Shown here: positions 39,593-49,395 of the stretch, piece after piece | Layout: each line of letters begins with the position of its first letter | Numbering within the stretch: position 1 is the stretch's first letter | From: Luteimonas sp. | Lineage (GTDB): Bacteria; Pseudomonadota; Gammaproteobacteria; Xanthomonadales; Xanthomonadaceae | Assembly (NCBI GenBank): GCA_035543275.1 | Contig: DASZZT010000020.1 | Span: 1 to 56,342 of the forward strand | Reading direction: 5' to 3' | DNA length: 56,342 bases | Program-made: the position numbers and the translations under genes | Notes under the pieces: model-generated | The model's input: only the letters and a program-made list of their open reading frames with translations | The model's database searches: none | Told to the model about the DNA's origin: nothing

Positions 39593-40576
39593 ATGTCGCT
39601 GGATATCGTCACCGTGATGGACCCGATCGAGTCGATCAAGATCGCCAAGGATTCGACCTTCGCGATGCTGCTCGAGGCGCAGCGCCGTGGTCACCGCCTG
39701 CATTACGTGCTTCCCGGCGGCCTTTCGTTGCGCGACGGCCAGCCGCTGGCCATCAGCGCCCCGCTGCAGGTGCGCGACGACAAACAAGCCTGGTTCGAAC
39801 TGGGAACGCCGTCACAACGTGCGCTGGGCACTGGCGACGTGGTGCTGATGCGCACCGATCCGCCGGTCGATGCCGACTACCTGCACGACACCCACCTGCT
39901 CGGCTGCGCCCAGCACGCCGGCGCGCTTGTGGTCAACGATCCGCAGGGCCTGCGCGACATGAACGAGAAGCTGACCGCGCTGGAATTCCCGCAGTGCAGC
40001 CCCCCGACCGTGGTCAGCCGCGACCCGGCCACGCTCAAGGCCTTCATCGCCGAACACGGCCAGGCTGTGCTGAAGACGCTCGACGGCATGGGTGGACATT
40101 CGATCTTCCGCGCCCGCGCTGGCGATCCCAACACCAACGTCATTCTCGAGACGTTGACCGAGCGCGGCCGCCACTTGGCGCTGGCGCAGCGCTATCTGCC
40201 CGAGATTGCGCAGGGCGACAAGCGCATCCTGCTGATCGATGGCGAGCCGGTCGACTATTGCCTCGCGCGCATTCCGCAGGGTGACGAGTTCCGCGGCAAT
40301 CTCGCCGCCGGCGGCCGCGGCGAAGGTCGGCCGCTGTCGGAACGCGACCGCTGGATCGCGCAGCAGGTCGGCCCGGAAATGCGTCGGCGCGGCATGCTGT
40401 TCGTCGGGCTCGACGTGATCGGCGATTACCTGACCGAGGTCAACGTCACCAGCCCGACCTGCATCCGCGAGCTCGATGCGCAGTTCGGCCTCAATATCGC
40501 CGGCATGTTGTTCGACCGCATTGAATCCCGATACGACGAGCTGGTCGGCGTCCAGGCGAGGCTCGCCGCGCGCTGA
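39593..40576 (+). CDS. gshB: Glutathione synthetase
   Basis: VMDPI..KDSTFAM, MRTDPP, RGNLAAGG, EVNVTSPT. Confidence 0.95.
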   Translation: MSLDIVTVMDPIESIKIAKDSTFAMLLEAQRRGHRLHYVLPGGLSLRDGQPLAISAPLQVRDDKQAWFELGTPSQRALGTGDVVLMRTDPPVDADYLHDTHLLGCAQHAGALVVNDPQGLRDMNEKLTALEFPQCSPPTVVSRDPATLKAFIAEHGQAVLKTLDGMGGHSIFRARAGDPNTNVILETLTERGRHLALAQRYLPEIAQGDKRILLIDGEPVDYCLARIPQGDEFRGNLAAGGRGEGRPLSERDRWIAQQVGPEMRRRGMLFVGLDVIGDYLTEVNVTSPTCIRELDAQFGLNIAGMLFDRIESRYDELVGVQARLAAR

Positions 40577-41457
40577 TGTCCGCCGTTGCTGCGCCACGCC
40601 CGCCGGCGATCGGCGACCGGGAACGCCTGAGCGCGACGATGGTGCTGTCGCTGCTGCTGCACGGCATGCTGATCCTCGGCCTGGGCTTCGCGCTCGATGA
40701 CGCCGCACCGGTGCTGCCGACGCTGGACGTGATCCTGACCCAGACGCAAACCGCGCTGACACCGAAGCAGGCCGACTTCCTCGCCCAAGCCAACAACCAG
40801 GGCGGCGGCGAGCACGAGAAAACCAGCCGGCCGCGCGACATCCAGCCCGGCCGCATACCCAAGCCCGACGACGGCGTCGCCCCGCGCGAATTGCGCGCGC
40901 AGGCGCCAGCGCCGCAACCGCCGCCGCAGGCGCGTGTGATCAGCAGCACCCGCGGTGAGACCCGCGCACCCTTGCCGGAAGCCACGCCGCAGGCCGCACC
41001 GACACCGCTGCCGCAGGGTCGCGAACGGATCGAACGCGACCTGGCAATGGCGCGGCTGGCCGCGGAAATCCACCTGCGTTCGGAGCGCTACGCGAAGCGC
41101 CCCAAGCGCAAGTTCGTGTCCGCCAGCACCCGCGAATACGCCTGGGCCGGCTACCTGCGCGCGTGGGTCGACCGGGTCGAACACGTCGGCAACCTCAACT
41201 ATCCCGACGAGGCGCGCCGTCGGCGATTGTCTGGCGAGCTCGTGATCAGCGTGGCGATCCGCCGCGACGGCTCGATCGAGCGCGCCGACATCATCCAGTC
41301 CAGCGGCATCAAGCTGCTCGATGACGCGGCGTTGCGCATTGCCCGCCTCGCTGAGCCCTACCCGCCGCTGCCGAAGACCGCGGACAACATCGACGTGCTG
41401 CACGTCACCCGTACCTGGCAGTTCCTGCCGGGCGGTGCGTTGCACGACGATCAGTAA
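40576..41457 (+). CDS. tonB: Energy transducer TonB-family protein
   Basis: N-terminal TM SLLLH, Pro-rich linker, TonB C-domain (NLNYPDEARR, SSG..LDDAA). Confidence 0.85.
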   Translation: MSAVAAPRPPAIGDRERLSATMVLSLLLHGMLILGLGFALDDAAPVLPTLDVILTQTQTALTPKQADFLAQANNQGGGEHEKTSRPRDIQPGRIPKPDDGVAPRELRAQAPAPQPPPQARVISSTRGETRAPLPEATPQAAPTPLPQGRERIERDLAMARLAAEIHLRSERYAKRPKRKFVSASTREYAWAGYLRAWVDRVEHVGNLNYPDEARRRRLSGELVISVAIRRDGSIERADIIQSSGIKLLDDAALRIARLAEPYPPLPKTADNIDVLHVTRTWQFLPGGALHDDQ

Positions 41458-41464
41458 CCGCAGA

Positions 41465-42163
41465 TCAACCCGCGCGCGCTGCGCGCAATGCCTGCTGTTG
41501 TGCCAAGGTCAGCGCGACGTTGTTGCGCAGGTAGGCCGGCTCGATGCGATCGGGCGCAACCGCTTCGCCGCGTGCGAATGCGAGGGCGGCCAGGCGCGCG
41601 ACATCGGCCGCGTGCGGCAATGCGCCGACATCGACCGTCACCAGCTTCGACTGCAGCCGCGCCTGCAGCACGTTGTCGGCCGCAGCGAAACCAGTGCCAA
41701 CACCGTGCCAGTCGTCGCCATCCGGGATCATGGCTACATCGGGTTTCGTCACGACTTCATCCGCGAGCGCGATCACGCCGTCGCCTTCGCGCGCGAAAGC
41801 GCCGAGGTAGACCTCGCCCATGCGGGCGTCGATCGCGGCGAGAATGTGGTCGCCGCGTGCTTGCATTGCCAGCGCTGCCAGCGTCGATACCGGCACCACC
41901 GGCTTGTCCAAGGCCAGGGCGATGCCCTGCGCCAGCGCGATCGCAAGGCGCACGCCGGTGAAGGCACCGGGGCCGCGGCCGACCGCGATCGCGTCGAGTT
42001 GCGATTTGGCAATGCCCGCTTCCGCCAGCAACTGTTCCGCCCACGGCAGCGCCAGTTCGGCATGCCGGCGCGGCGCGACCTCGAAGCGTTCACGCAGCTC
42101 GCCGTCGATCCACAGCGCAACGGAGCAGCCTTCGGTCGCAGTCTCGAATGCCAGCAGTTTCAT
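41465..42163 (-). CDS. tsaB: t6A biosynthesis protein TsaB
   Basis: LLAFETAT, GRGPGAFTGVR, IDARMGEVY, EPAYLR. Confidence 0.95.
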   Translation of the reverse strand: MKLLAFETATEGCSVALWIDGELRERFEVAPRRHAELALPWAEQLLAEAGIAKSQLDAIAVGRGPGAFTGVRLAIALAQGIALALDKPVVPVSTLAALAMQARGDHILAAIDARMGEVYLGAFAREGDGVIALADEVVTKPDVAMIPDGDDWHGVGTGFAAADNVLQARLQSKLVTVDVGALPHAADVARLAALAFARGEAVAPDRIEPAYLRNNVALTLAQQQALRAARAG

Positions 42164-44148
42164 CGCGGATCCGTGCCTGTCATCGTCGACGATTGTCCCG
42201 CAAAGAAGTCCTGCACGTCGGCGATGCGGCGCGTCCGCGGCAGCGGCGGCAACGAATCGAGGAACACGCGACCGTAGCTCTTGCCGAGCAGGCGCGGATC
42301 GCACAGCACCAGCACGCCGCGATCGGACTCGCTGCGGATCAGGCGGCCGGCGCCCTGCTTCAGCGCGATCACCGCTTGCGGCAGCTGCTCGTCGCGGAAT
42401 GGATTGCCACCGCTGCGGCGCACGGCCTCCAGCCGCGCCTCGAACACCGGGTCGTCGGGCGCCGCGAACGGCAGCTTGTCGATCACCACCACGCTCAAGG
42501 CAGCACCGACCACGTCGACGCCTTCGCGGAAACTCGCCGCTCCCAGCAGCACGCCGTTGCCGGACTCGCGGAAGCGTTGCAACAGCAATGCGCGCGGGGC
42601 GTCGCCCTGCACGAACAGCGGCCACGGGCCATCGCGCAAGGCTTCGGCGGCTTCGCGCAGGGCGCGATGCGAGGCGAACAGCACGAAGGCGCGGCCACTG
42701 GACGCATGCAGCACCGGCAGCAGCGCATCGACCAGCGCGCTGTTGTAGTCGCGCGACATTGGTTCGGGCAGGTTCGGCGGCAGGTAGCACAGCGCCTGCG
42801 TGTTCCAGGCGAACGGGCTCGGCTGCAGCAGCGTGGTCGGCGCATCGAGCCCAAGCCGGGTCGCGATGTGCGCGAAATCACCAGCCACCGCCAGCGTCGC
42901 CGAAGTGAATATCCACGCCGCCTGCGAACGCTCGCGATGCGCGCGCAGCGGGCCGGAGACGTCGAGCGGCGTGCGCTGCAGGCGGAAGCCGCGTGGCGAC
43001 AGCTCGTACCAGCGCACGTCGTCGTCCGCAGCGTCGAATTCGGCATCGAGGTCGCGCTGCATCAGCCAGCGCGCCAGCCGCGCTGCGAATCCATGCGCGC
43101 GCGCGTGGCAACTATCGAAACCCGGCGACGCCTCGCGCAGCGGCGCCAGAATCTCGGCGAGTTGCAGCAAGGCGGAGGCCAGCAGATCGAAGGCTTCGCA
43201 TGTTGGCCCGTCGTGCAAGGCGCGTTGCCGGGTGCCTCGCGTGGGCAATGACTCCATCGCCGCGCGCAGGACGCGCGTCGCGTGTTCGAGTTCGCGCGCC
43301 GGCTGCTGCAGCGCTGCCAATGCCGACGGCACGTCCTTGCATTCGCGGATCGCGTCACGTGCCAGTTCCACCAGCGATCTCGCGCCGAGCCCTTCACCGA
43401 AGAATTGCGCGGCGAGTTCCGGCAGCTGGTGCGCCTCGTCGACCACGAACGCCTGCGCACCCGGCAGGATCTCGCCGAAGCCTTCCTGCTTCAGCGCGAG
43501 ATCGGCGAGCAGCAGGTGGTGGTTGACGACCACCAGATCGGCCGACTGCGCGCGTTGCCGCGCCTGCACCACGAAGCATTCGCTCCAGAACGGACATTCG
43601 CTGCCCAGGCAATTCTCGGCGGTCGACGTCACCATCGGCAGCAGCGGCGAATCTTCCGGCAGCGCGTCGAGTTCGGCCAGGTCGCCCATGCGGGTGCGCC
43701 CGCCCCAGGCGACGATGCGCTGGAACTGCGCGACCTGCTCGCGATTGCCGAAGGCTGGTTCGCCTTTGGCCTGCTCGACCCGGTACTTGCACAGGTAATT
43801 GGCGCGGCCTTTCAGCAGCGCGCTCTTGAGCCCGATGCCGAGCGCGTCGCGCACCCGCGGCAGGTCGCGATGGTAGAGCTGGTCCTGCAGCGCGCGGGTG
43901 CCGGTGGAGATGATCGTCTTCAGTCCCGACAGCAGCGCCGGAACGAGATACGCGTAGGTCTTGCCGGTGCCGGTGCCCGCTTCCGCCAGCAGCACCTCGC
44001 GTCGCTCGAAGGCGTCCGCGACCGCTGCGGCCAGGCGCTGTTGCGCGTCGCGCGGCACGAACGCGGGGATGTTGTCCGCGAGCGCGCCGCCCTCGGACAA
44101 TGCGGCGCGGCTGACTTGCGCAAGCCGTGAATTCACGCTCTGCGACAT
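42160..44148 (-). CDS. yoaA: DinG/YoaA-family Fe-S DNA helicase
   Basis: EAGTGTGKT, KGRANYLC, DEAH, TSATL, KQGAGRLIR; upstream of tsaB. Confidence 0.9.
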   Translation of the reverse strand: MSQSVNSRLAQVSRAALSEGGALADNIPAFVPRDAQQRLAAAVADAFERREVLLAEAGTGTGKTYAYLVPALLSGLKTIISTGTRALQDQLYHRDLPRVRDALGIGLKSALLKGRANYLCKYRVEQAKGEPAFGNREQVAQFQRIVAWGGRTRMGDLAELDALPEDSPLLPMVTSTAENCLGSECPFWSECFVVQARQRAQSADLVVVNHHLLLADLALKQEGFGEILPGAQAFVVDEAHQLPELAAQFFGEGLGARSLVELARDAIRECKDVPSALAALQQPARELEHATRVLRAAMESLPTRGTRQRALHDGPTCEAFDLLASALLQLAEILAPLREASPGFDSCHARAHGFAARLARWLMQRDLDAEFDAADDDVRWYELSPRGFRLQRTPLDVSGPLRAHRERSQAAWIFTSATLAVAGDFAHIATRLGLDAPTTLLQPSPFAWNTQALCYLPPNLPEPMSRDYNSALVDALLPVLHASSGRAFVLFASHRALREAAEALRDGPWPLFVQGDAPRALLLQRFRESGNGVLLGAASFREGVDVVGAALSVVVIDKLPFAAPDDPVFEARLEAVRRSGGNPFRDEQLPQAVIALKQGAGRLIRSESDRGVLVLCDPRLLGKSYGRVFLDSLPPLPRTRRIADVQDFFAGQSSTMTGTDPR

Positions 44149-44675
44149 CAGAATCGGTTCGGGCCGGCGACCTTGCAGGCATCGACCTGCGCCTGCGCCG
44201 AGGCCGCACCGGCAGCATCGCCGGCAAGCAGGCGCGCCTGACGCACGGTGGCCCAGTGCCGTCGACACAGCGGTCCGACTTTCGAGCCAAGACCCCAGGC
44301 GCGGCGCGCCAGGGCTTCGGCGCCGGCGGGGTCCCTCAGCAGCAGCGCAGCTTCGGCGCGCTCCTGCAGCAGCGCCGGATCGTCGGGAACGATCGCCAGC
44401 GCCTGGTCGAGCGCTGCGGCCGCTTGCTTGTATTGCTGTTGCGACTCCAGGCGCGTCGCCGTTTGCCGCAGGTCCTCGACCATCGGGTCGCGCAATGGCT
44501 GCACCGCAAGCTCGCTGTCGTCATGGCCGGCGGCAGCACGGATCACGGCGACCATCGCTTCCGGCGATGCGGTGCTCAGCGCGACCGGTTGCGGCGTCGG
44601 CGACGTGGTGCTGCAGGCGGCAAGCAGGCTCGCGGCCAGAGCGCAGGCGACCCATGCATTAGAGCGTCGCATCAT
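44148..44675 (-). CDS. TPR lipoprotein (position and type resemble the PBP1B activator LpoP)
   Basis: Lipobox LLAAC, TPR AAAALDQALAIVPDDP; overlaps the mrcB stop. Confidence 0.8.
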   Translation of the reverse strand: MMRRSNAWVACALAASLLAACSTTSPTPQPVALSTASPEAMVAVIRAAAGHDDSELAVQPLRDPMVEDLRQTATRLESQQQYKQAAAALDQALAIVPDDPALLQERAEAALLLRDPAGAEALARRAWGLGSKVGPLCRRHWATVRQARLLAGDAAGAASAQAQVDACKVAGPNRF

Positions 44676-47158
44676 TGCTGATCCGGCTCCGGCTCCGGTG
44701 GCGATGGAGGCAGAGGTGCCTGCTCGGGTTGCGACGGCGCCTGCTTGGCCGGATCACCGCGATTACCCCGATCGCCCCAGCCGAACCATTCGCGCCAGCC
44801 GCCACCGGGCTGCTCGTCACCGGTCTGCTGCTGGTAGTAGGGGTCCGGCTGGGCGTAGACGCAGGGCTGGTATGCCGGTGCGAAGCCGGCGACGAAGGCG
44901 AAGCGGCGCGCACCCGGACAGCCGGAATCGGTGCTGTTGGACTGCGCCACCCACTGCCAGTCCAGGCCCTTGTCGGCGACCTGTAGCGGCGCACTCGGCA
45001 GCCGCGAGAAGATGCCCGACCACACCCGCATCGCACCGGTGGCGCCGTACAGGCCGGTCGGCTGGTTCTGGTCGTTGCCGACCCAGATCACCGCAAGATG
45101 GTCGCCGGTCCAGCCGGCGAACCAGCTGTCGCGGCTGTCGTTGCTGGTACCGGTCTTGCCGGCGGCGTTGAGGCGGCCAAGGCCATCGGCGACCAGTTGA
45201 TGGCCGGTGCCGTTCGTCACCGCTTGCTGCAGCGCCGTCGTCACCAGGCGCGCGGCGATCGCGTCGCCTTCCTGCGCCGGCGCCGGGGCCTTGTCATAGC
45301 GATTGACGGCCTTGCCGCCGGGATCGAGCACGCCGCGCACCGCGTGCAACGGCTGGATCTCGCCGTCGGACGCTAGGAACTGGTACAGCTGCGCCATCGC
45401 GTACGGGCTCTGATCGACCGCGCCAAGGATCAGCGACGGATTCGCGGTGGCCTGGATACCGGCGAGGGTGCGGATCAGGTCGACGAGACGTTCCGGCCGG
45501 ACCTGCATGCCGACGCGCACGGTGGCGATGTTCCAGGAATGCGCCAGCGCGTCGATCAGACGCACGGTGCCGTGGCTGCGTCCCTCGGAATTGCCCGGGC
45601 TCCAGCGCTTGCCGTTATCCAGGGTGATGGTGACCGGGGAATCATCGATCCAGCTCGCCAGCGACCATTTGCCCGGTTGCGCCAGCGCCAGCAGGTAGAC
45701 GAATGGTTTCAGCAGCGAACCCACCGGCCGCTGCGCCTGGACCGCGCGATTGAAACCGTGCTCGTCGAATTCGCGGCTGCCAACCACGGCGCGCACCTCG
45801 CCGTCGTGCACGTCGGTGAGCACCAGCCCGGCCTGCAGCGGCGGCCGCTTGCGGGTGTCGAGTGCTTTCAATGTGCGCGTCACCGCGCCCTCGGCGTAAG
45901 CCTGGGCTGCCGGCGACATCCCGGTCATCACGCTCAGGCCCGCGCCCTGCAGCGCGTCGGCCGGATAGTCGCGCGCCAGCTGCCTGCGGACGAGATCGAC
46001 ATAGGCGGGAAAACGGTTGGCGGCGAGGCTGCCCGGCGCGCTGGTGACCTCGAGCGGCGCCTTCTGTGTGCGCGCGAACTCGGCGTCGTTGATCAGCCCG
46101 GTCTCGTGCATCTTCGCCAGCGCGAAGTTGCGGCGCTCGGTGGCGCGCTCGGGATTGCGGCGCGGGTCGTACCAGGACGGGCCCCGGATGATGCCGATCA
46201 GAAGCGCGACCTGTTCGGTGCTCAGGTCGCGCAGGTCACGGCCGAACCAGAACTCGGCGCCCGCAGCGACGCCGCGGATCTCCTGCTGGCCGCGCTGGCC
46301 CAGGTACACCTGGTTGAGGTAAGTCTCCAGGATCGTGCGCTTGTCGTAGCGCGCCTCGATCAGCAGCGCGTACAGGATCTCGTTGAACTTGCGAGACATC
46401 GTCTGCTCGTGGCCGATGCCGAGCAGGCCACTGCGCGCCAGCTGCTGGGTCAGGGTACTGGCGCCCTGTTTGGTGTCGCCGGATTTCACGTTGACGAAGG
46501 CCGCACGCAACATGCCGCCGACATCGATGCCGTGGTGGTGGGCGAAATCGCGATCCTCCACCGCCTGCAGCCCGGTGACCAGCAGTTCCGGCACTTCCTC
46601 GATCCGCACCAGCCGCCGCTCTTCCTGCTTCTGCCCGTACAACGTGGCAATGCGCGCAACATCCAGACGCACCGACTTGATCGCGCGCTTGCGTGCGGGG
46701 ACACGCTCGTTGACATCATGCTCGTTGACATCATGCAGGCTGGCGACACGGCCGCCCGAGAGCAGCACCTCGATCCGGCTCGGCCCGACCGGGCCGTCGA
46801 CATCGTTGAATCCGCGGCTGGCGATCAGCCAGCGTCCGCCGTCGTGGCGATAGGTGCCGGTGCGCACGCCGGCGCCGTCGTCGCGATATGCGGCGGCGTC
46901 GAGCTCGGTCTTCAACATCTGCGCGTCCATCGCCAGCCCGGGCGCGAGTTGCAGCGGACGGGCGTAGACGCGGGTCGGCAGTTGCCAGCGCAGCTGCCCG
47001 AAACGCGCGCCGACCTGATGATTGAGATAGAGCGTGTAGGGAATCAGGAAACCGAGGCCCAGGCCGATCGCGGCCAGGCCCCAAGTCAGTAGCCGGCGGC
47101 GCCAGTCCGGCGCGGAGGTGTCGTCGAGGTCGTCTTCGTCGTAGTCGATGCGCGGCAT
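44672..47158 (-). CDS. mrcB: Penicillin-binding protein 1B
   Basis: TM, UB2H region, EDRDF and GASTLTQQ (TG), SLLK, SWN, KTG (TP). Confidence 0.94.
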   Translation of the reverse strand: MPRIDYDEDDLDDTSAPDWRRRLLTWGLAAIGLGLGFLIPYTLYLNHQVGARFGQLRWQLPTRVYARPLQLAPGLAMDAQMLKTELDAAAYRDDGAGVRTGTYRHDGGRWLIASRGFNDVDGPVGPSRIEVLLSGGRVASLHDVNEHDVNERVPARKRAIKSVRLDVARIATLYGQKQEERRLVRIEEVPELLVTGLQAVEDRDFAHHHGIDVGGMLRAAFVNVKSGDTKQGASTLTQQLARSGLLGIGHEQTMSRKFNEILYALLIEARYDKRTILETYLNQVYLGQRGQQEIRGVAAGAEFWFGRDLRDLSTEQVALLIGIIRGPSWYDPRRNPERATERRNFALAKMHETGLINDAEFARTQKAPLEVTSAPGSLAANRFPAYVDLVRRQLARDYPADALQGAGLSVMTGMSPAAQAYAEGAVTRTLKALDTRKRPPLQAGLVLTDVHDGEVRAVVGSREFDEHGFNRAVQAQRPVGSLLKPFVYLLALAQPGKWSLASWIDDSPVTITLDNGKRWSPGNSEGRSHGTVRLIDALAHSWNIATVRVGMQVRPERLVDLIRTLAGIQATANPSLILGAVDQSPYAMAQLYQFLASDGEIQPLHAVRGVLDPGGKAVNRYDKAPAPAQEGDAIAARLVTTALQQAVTNGTGHQLVADGLGRLNAAGKTGTSNDSRDSWFAGWTGDHLAVIWVGNDQNQPTGLYGATGAMRVWSGIFSRLPSAPLQVADKGLDWQWVAQSNSTDSGCPGARRFAFVAGFAPAYQPCVYAQPDPYYQQQTGDEQPGGGWREWFGWGDRGNRGDPAKQAPSQPEQAPLPPSPPEPEPDQQ

Positions 47159-47292
47159 GGGGTTCGATCGAGCCGGCGGTCGGCTTCTGCGGAATGCGAC
47201 AATGGCGATGTGCCAGGGAGCGGCGAGTCTAGCGCAGACGCCACCGCCACCACGGCGCGCACCCGTCCCCAGTCAGCAGGAGTTCCGTTGGC

Positions 47293-49395
47293 ATGTCGTC
47301 GTCATTGGCCGATGCGCGGTTTCTGTTCGATCGCGCGCTCGGCCTGATCCGTCGCGGCCTGGTCAGCCTGCGCACGCGCGGGTGGCGGGCGAGCTGGCAA
47401 CGCGCGCGCGCGCAATTCCAGCGAGTCGCGCCCGCGCAACGCGCACGCTTGTATGCGCCGGAACCGGCGCCGTTCGCGCCGTTCACGGTTCCGCACGCTG
47501 ACGCACCGCGCGCGAGCATCGTGATCCCGGTGTTCAACCAGTTCGCGCACACGCTGGCGTGCCTGCGCGCGCTGGCCGCGCATCCGCCGCAGTCCGGGAT
47601 CGAAATAATCGTTGTCGACGACGGCTCCTCCGACGCCACGACCGCATTGCCGCAGGTCGATGGCCTGCGCTACCACCGCCGCGCCACGAATGGCGGCTTC
47701 ATCGCCGCCTGCAACGACGGCGCCGCGCTCGCCCGTGGCGACTTCCTCGTCTTCCTCAACAACGACACCGTGCCGCAGCCGGGGTGGCTGGATGCGTTGC
47801 TGCGGACTTTCGACGAAACCGCCGATGCCGGGCTGGTCGGTGCGCAACTGCTGTATCCCGATGGCCGCCTGCAGGAGGCCGGCGGCGTGGTGTTCGCCGA
47901 CGGCAGCGGCTGGAATTACGGCCGTTTGGAATCCGCGGACGATCCGCGCTTTGGCTACCTGCGCGATGCCGATTACGTCAGCGGCGCCGCGATCGCCATC
48001 CCGCGTGCGCTGTTCGTCCAGCTCGGCGGTTTCGACGTCCGCTACGCGCCGGCCTATTACGAGGACACCGACCTCGCCTTCGCCGTGCGCGCGGCCGGCA
48101 AGCGCGTGCTGTACCAGCCCGCCGCGCGTGTGGTGCATGACGAGGGCACGACCGCCGGCACCGACCCCGGCAGCGGCATCAAGGCCTGCCAGGCGCGCAA
48201 CCGCGAACGTTTCGCCGAACATCGTCGCGCTGCGCTGGTGTCGCAGCCCGCGCCCGGTACCGTGCCCTCGCCCGCGGTGCTGCATCGCGGCCAGCGCCAG
48301 GTGCTGGTGATCGATGCGCTGACGCCAACGCCGGACCACGATTCCGGATCGCTGCGTCTCGTGAATCTGATGCGAATGCTGCGCGAACAGGGCATGCATG
48401 TGGTGTTCCTGCCGGCCAACCGCGAGCACGCCGGGCGCTACACGGAAGACCTGCAGCAACTCGGTGTCGAGACCTGGTACGCCCCGTTCGCCCAGCGCGC
48501 ACCGGCGTGGCTGCGTGAACACGGCGCGCGTTTCGACAGCGTGCTGCTGTGCCGGCATTACGTCGCACGCGAATTCCTGCCGTTGCTGCGCCGGCATGGG
48601 CCGCAGGCAAGGATCATCTTCGATACGGTCGACCTGCACTACCTGCGCGAAACGCGCGCCGCCGAATTCGCCAACGACGCCCCGCTGCTGCGCGCGGCGA
48701 CACGCACCCGCACGGCGGAGCTGGACGTGATCGCCCGCAGCGACGTCACCGTGGTGGTGAGCCAAGCCGAGCGCGAGTTGCTGGCACGCGATGCGCCGCA
48801 GGCGCAGGTCGAGGTGCTGTCCAACCTGCATCAGCTGGCTGGACCCGGACAACCGTTCGCGCAGCGACGCGACCTGGTGTTCGTCGGCGGCTTCCGGCAT
48901 CCGCCCAACGTCGATGCGGTGCGCTGGTTCGTGCACGACATCTTTCCGTTGCTGCGCGCGCAACGGCCAGAATTGCAGTTCCACTGCATCGGCGGCCATG
49001 TCACCGCGGAGATCGAAGCACTTGCCACGCATCCGGGCGTCATCGTGCACGGCCACCTGCCCGACATCACCCCGTACATGGACGGCTGCCGCATCGCGGT
49101 CGCACCGCTGCGTTACGGCGCCGGGGTGAAGGGCAAGGTCAACCTCAGCATGGCCCACGGCCAGCCGGTGGTGGCGACCACCTGCGCAGCCGAGGGCATG
49201 CATCTGGTGGATGGCCGCGACGTGCTGCTGGCCGACAGCGCCGAGGCGTTCGCGGCTGCGATCCTGCAGCTCTACGACGATTCGTCGCTGTGGAACGCGC
49301 TCAGCGCCAATGGCCTGGACAACGTCGCCCGGCATTTTTCGCTGGATGCCGCACGCGGCGTGTTGCAGCGGCTGTTCCCGCCCGCCGCGCGCTGA
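47293..49395 (+). CDS. GT2 + GT4 fusion glycosyltransferase
   Basis: SIVIPVFN, VDDGSSD, FLNNDT, YEDTDL; then FVGGFRHPPNVD, PLRYGAGVKGK. Confidence 0.9.
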   Translation: MSSSLADARFLFDRALGLIRRGLVSLRTRGWRASWQRARAQFQRVAPAQRARLYAPEPAPFAPFTVPHADAPRASIVIPVFNQFAHTLACLRALAAHPPQSGIEIIVVDDGSSDATTALPQVDGLRYHRRATNGGFIAACNDGAALARGDFLVFLNNDTVPQPGWLDALLRTFDETADAGLVGAQLLYPDGRLQEAGGVVFADGSGWNYGRLESADDPRFGYLRDADYVSGAAIAIPRALFVQLGGFDVRYAPAYYEDTDLAFAVRAAGKRVLYQPAARVVHDEGTTAGTDPGSGIKACQARNRERFAEHRRAALVSQPAPGTVPSPAVLHRGQRQVLVIDALTPTPDHDSGSLRLVNLMRMLREQGMHVVFLPANREHAGRYTEDLQQLGVETWYAPFAQRAPAWLREHGARFDSVLLCRHYVAREFLPLLRRHGPQARIIFDTVDLHYLRETRAAEFANDAPLLRAATRTRTAELDVIARSDVTVVVSQAERELLARDAPQAQVEVLSNLHQLAGPGQPFAQRRDLVFVGGFRHPPNVDAVRWFVHDIFPLLRAQRPELQFHCIGGHVTAEIEALATHPGVIVHGHLPDITPYMDGCRIAVAPLRYGAGVKGKVNLSMAHGQPVVATTCAAEGMHLVDGRDVLLADSAEAFAAAILQLYDDSSLWNALSANGLDNVARHFSLDAARGVLQRLFPPAAR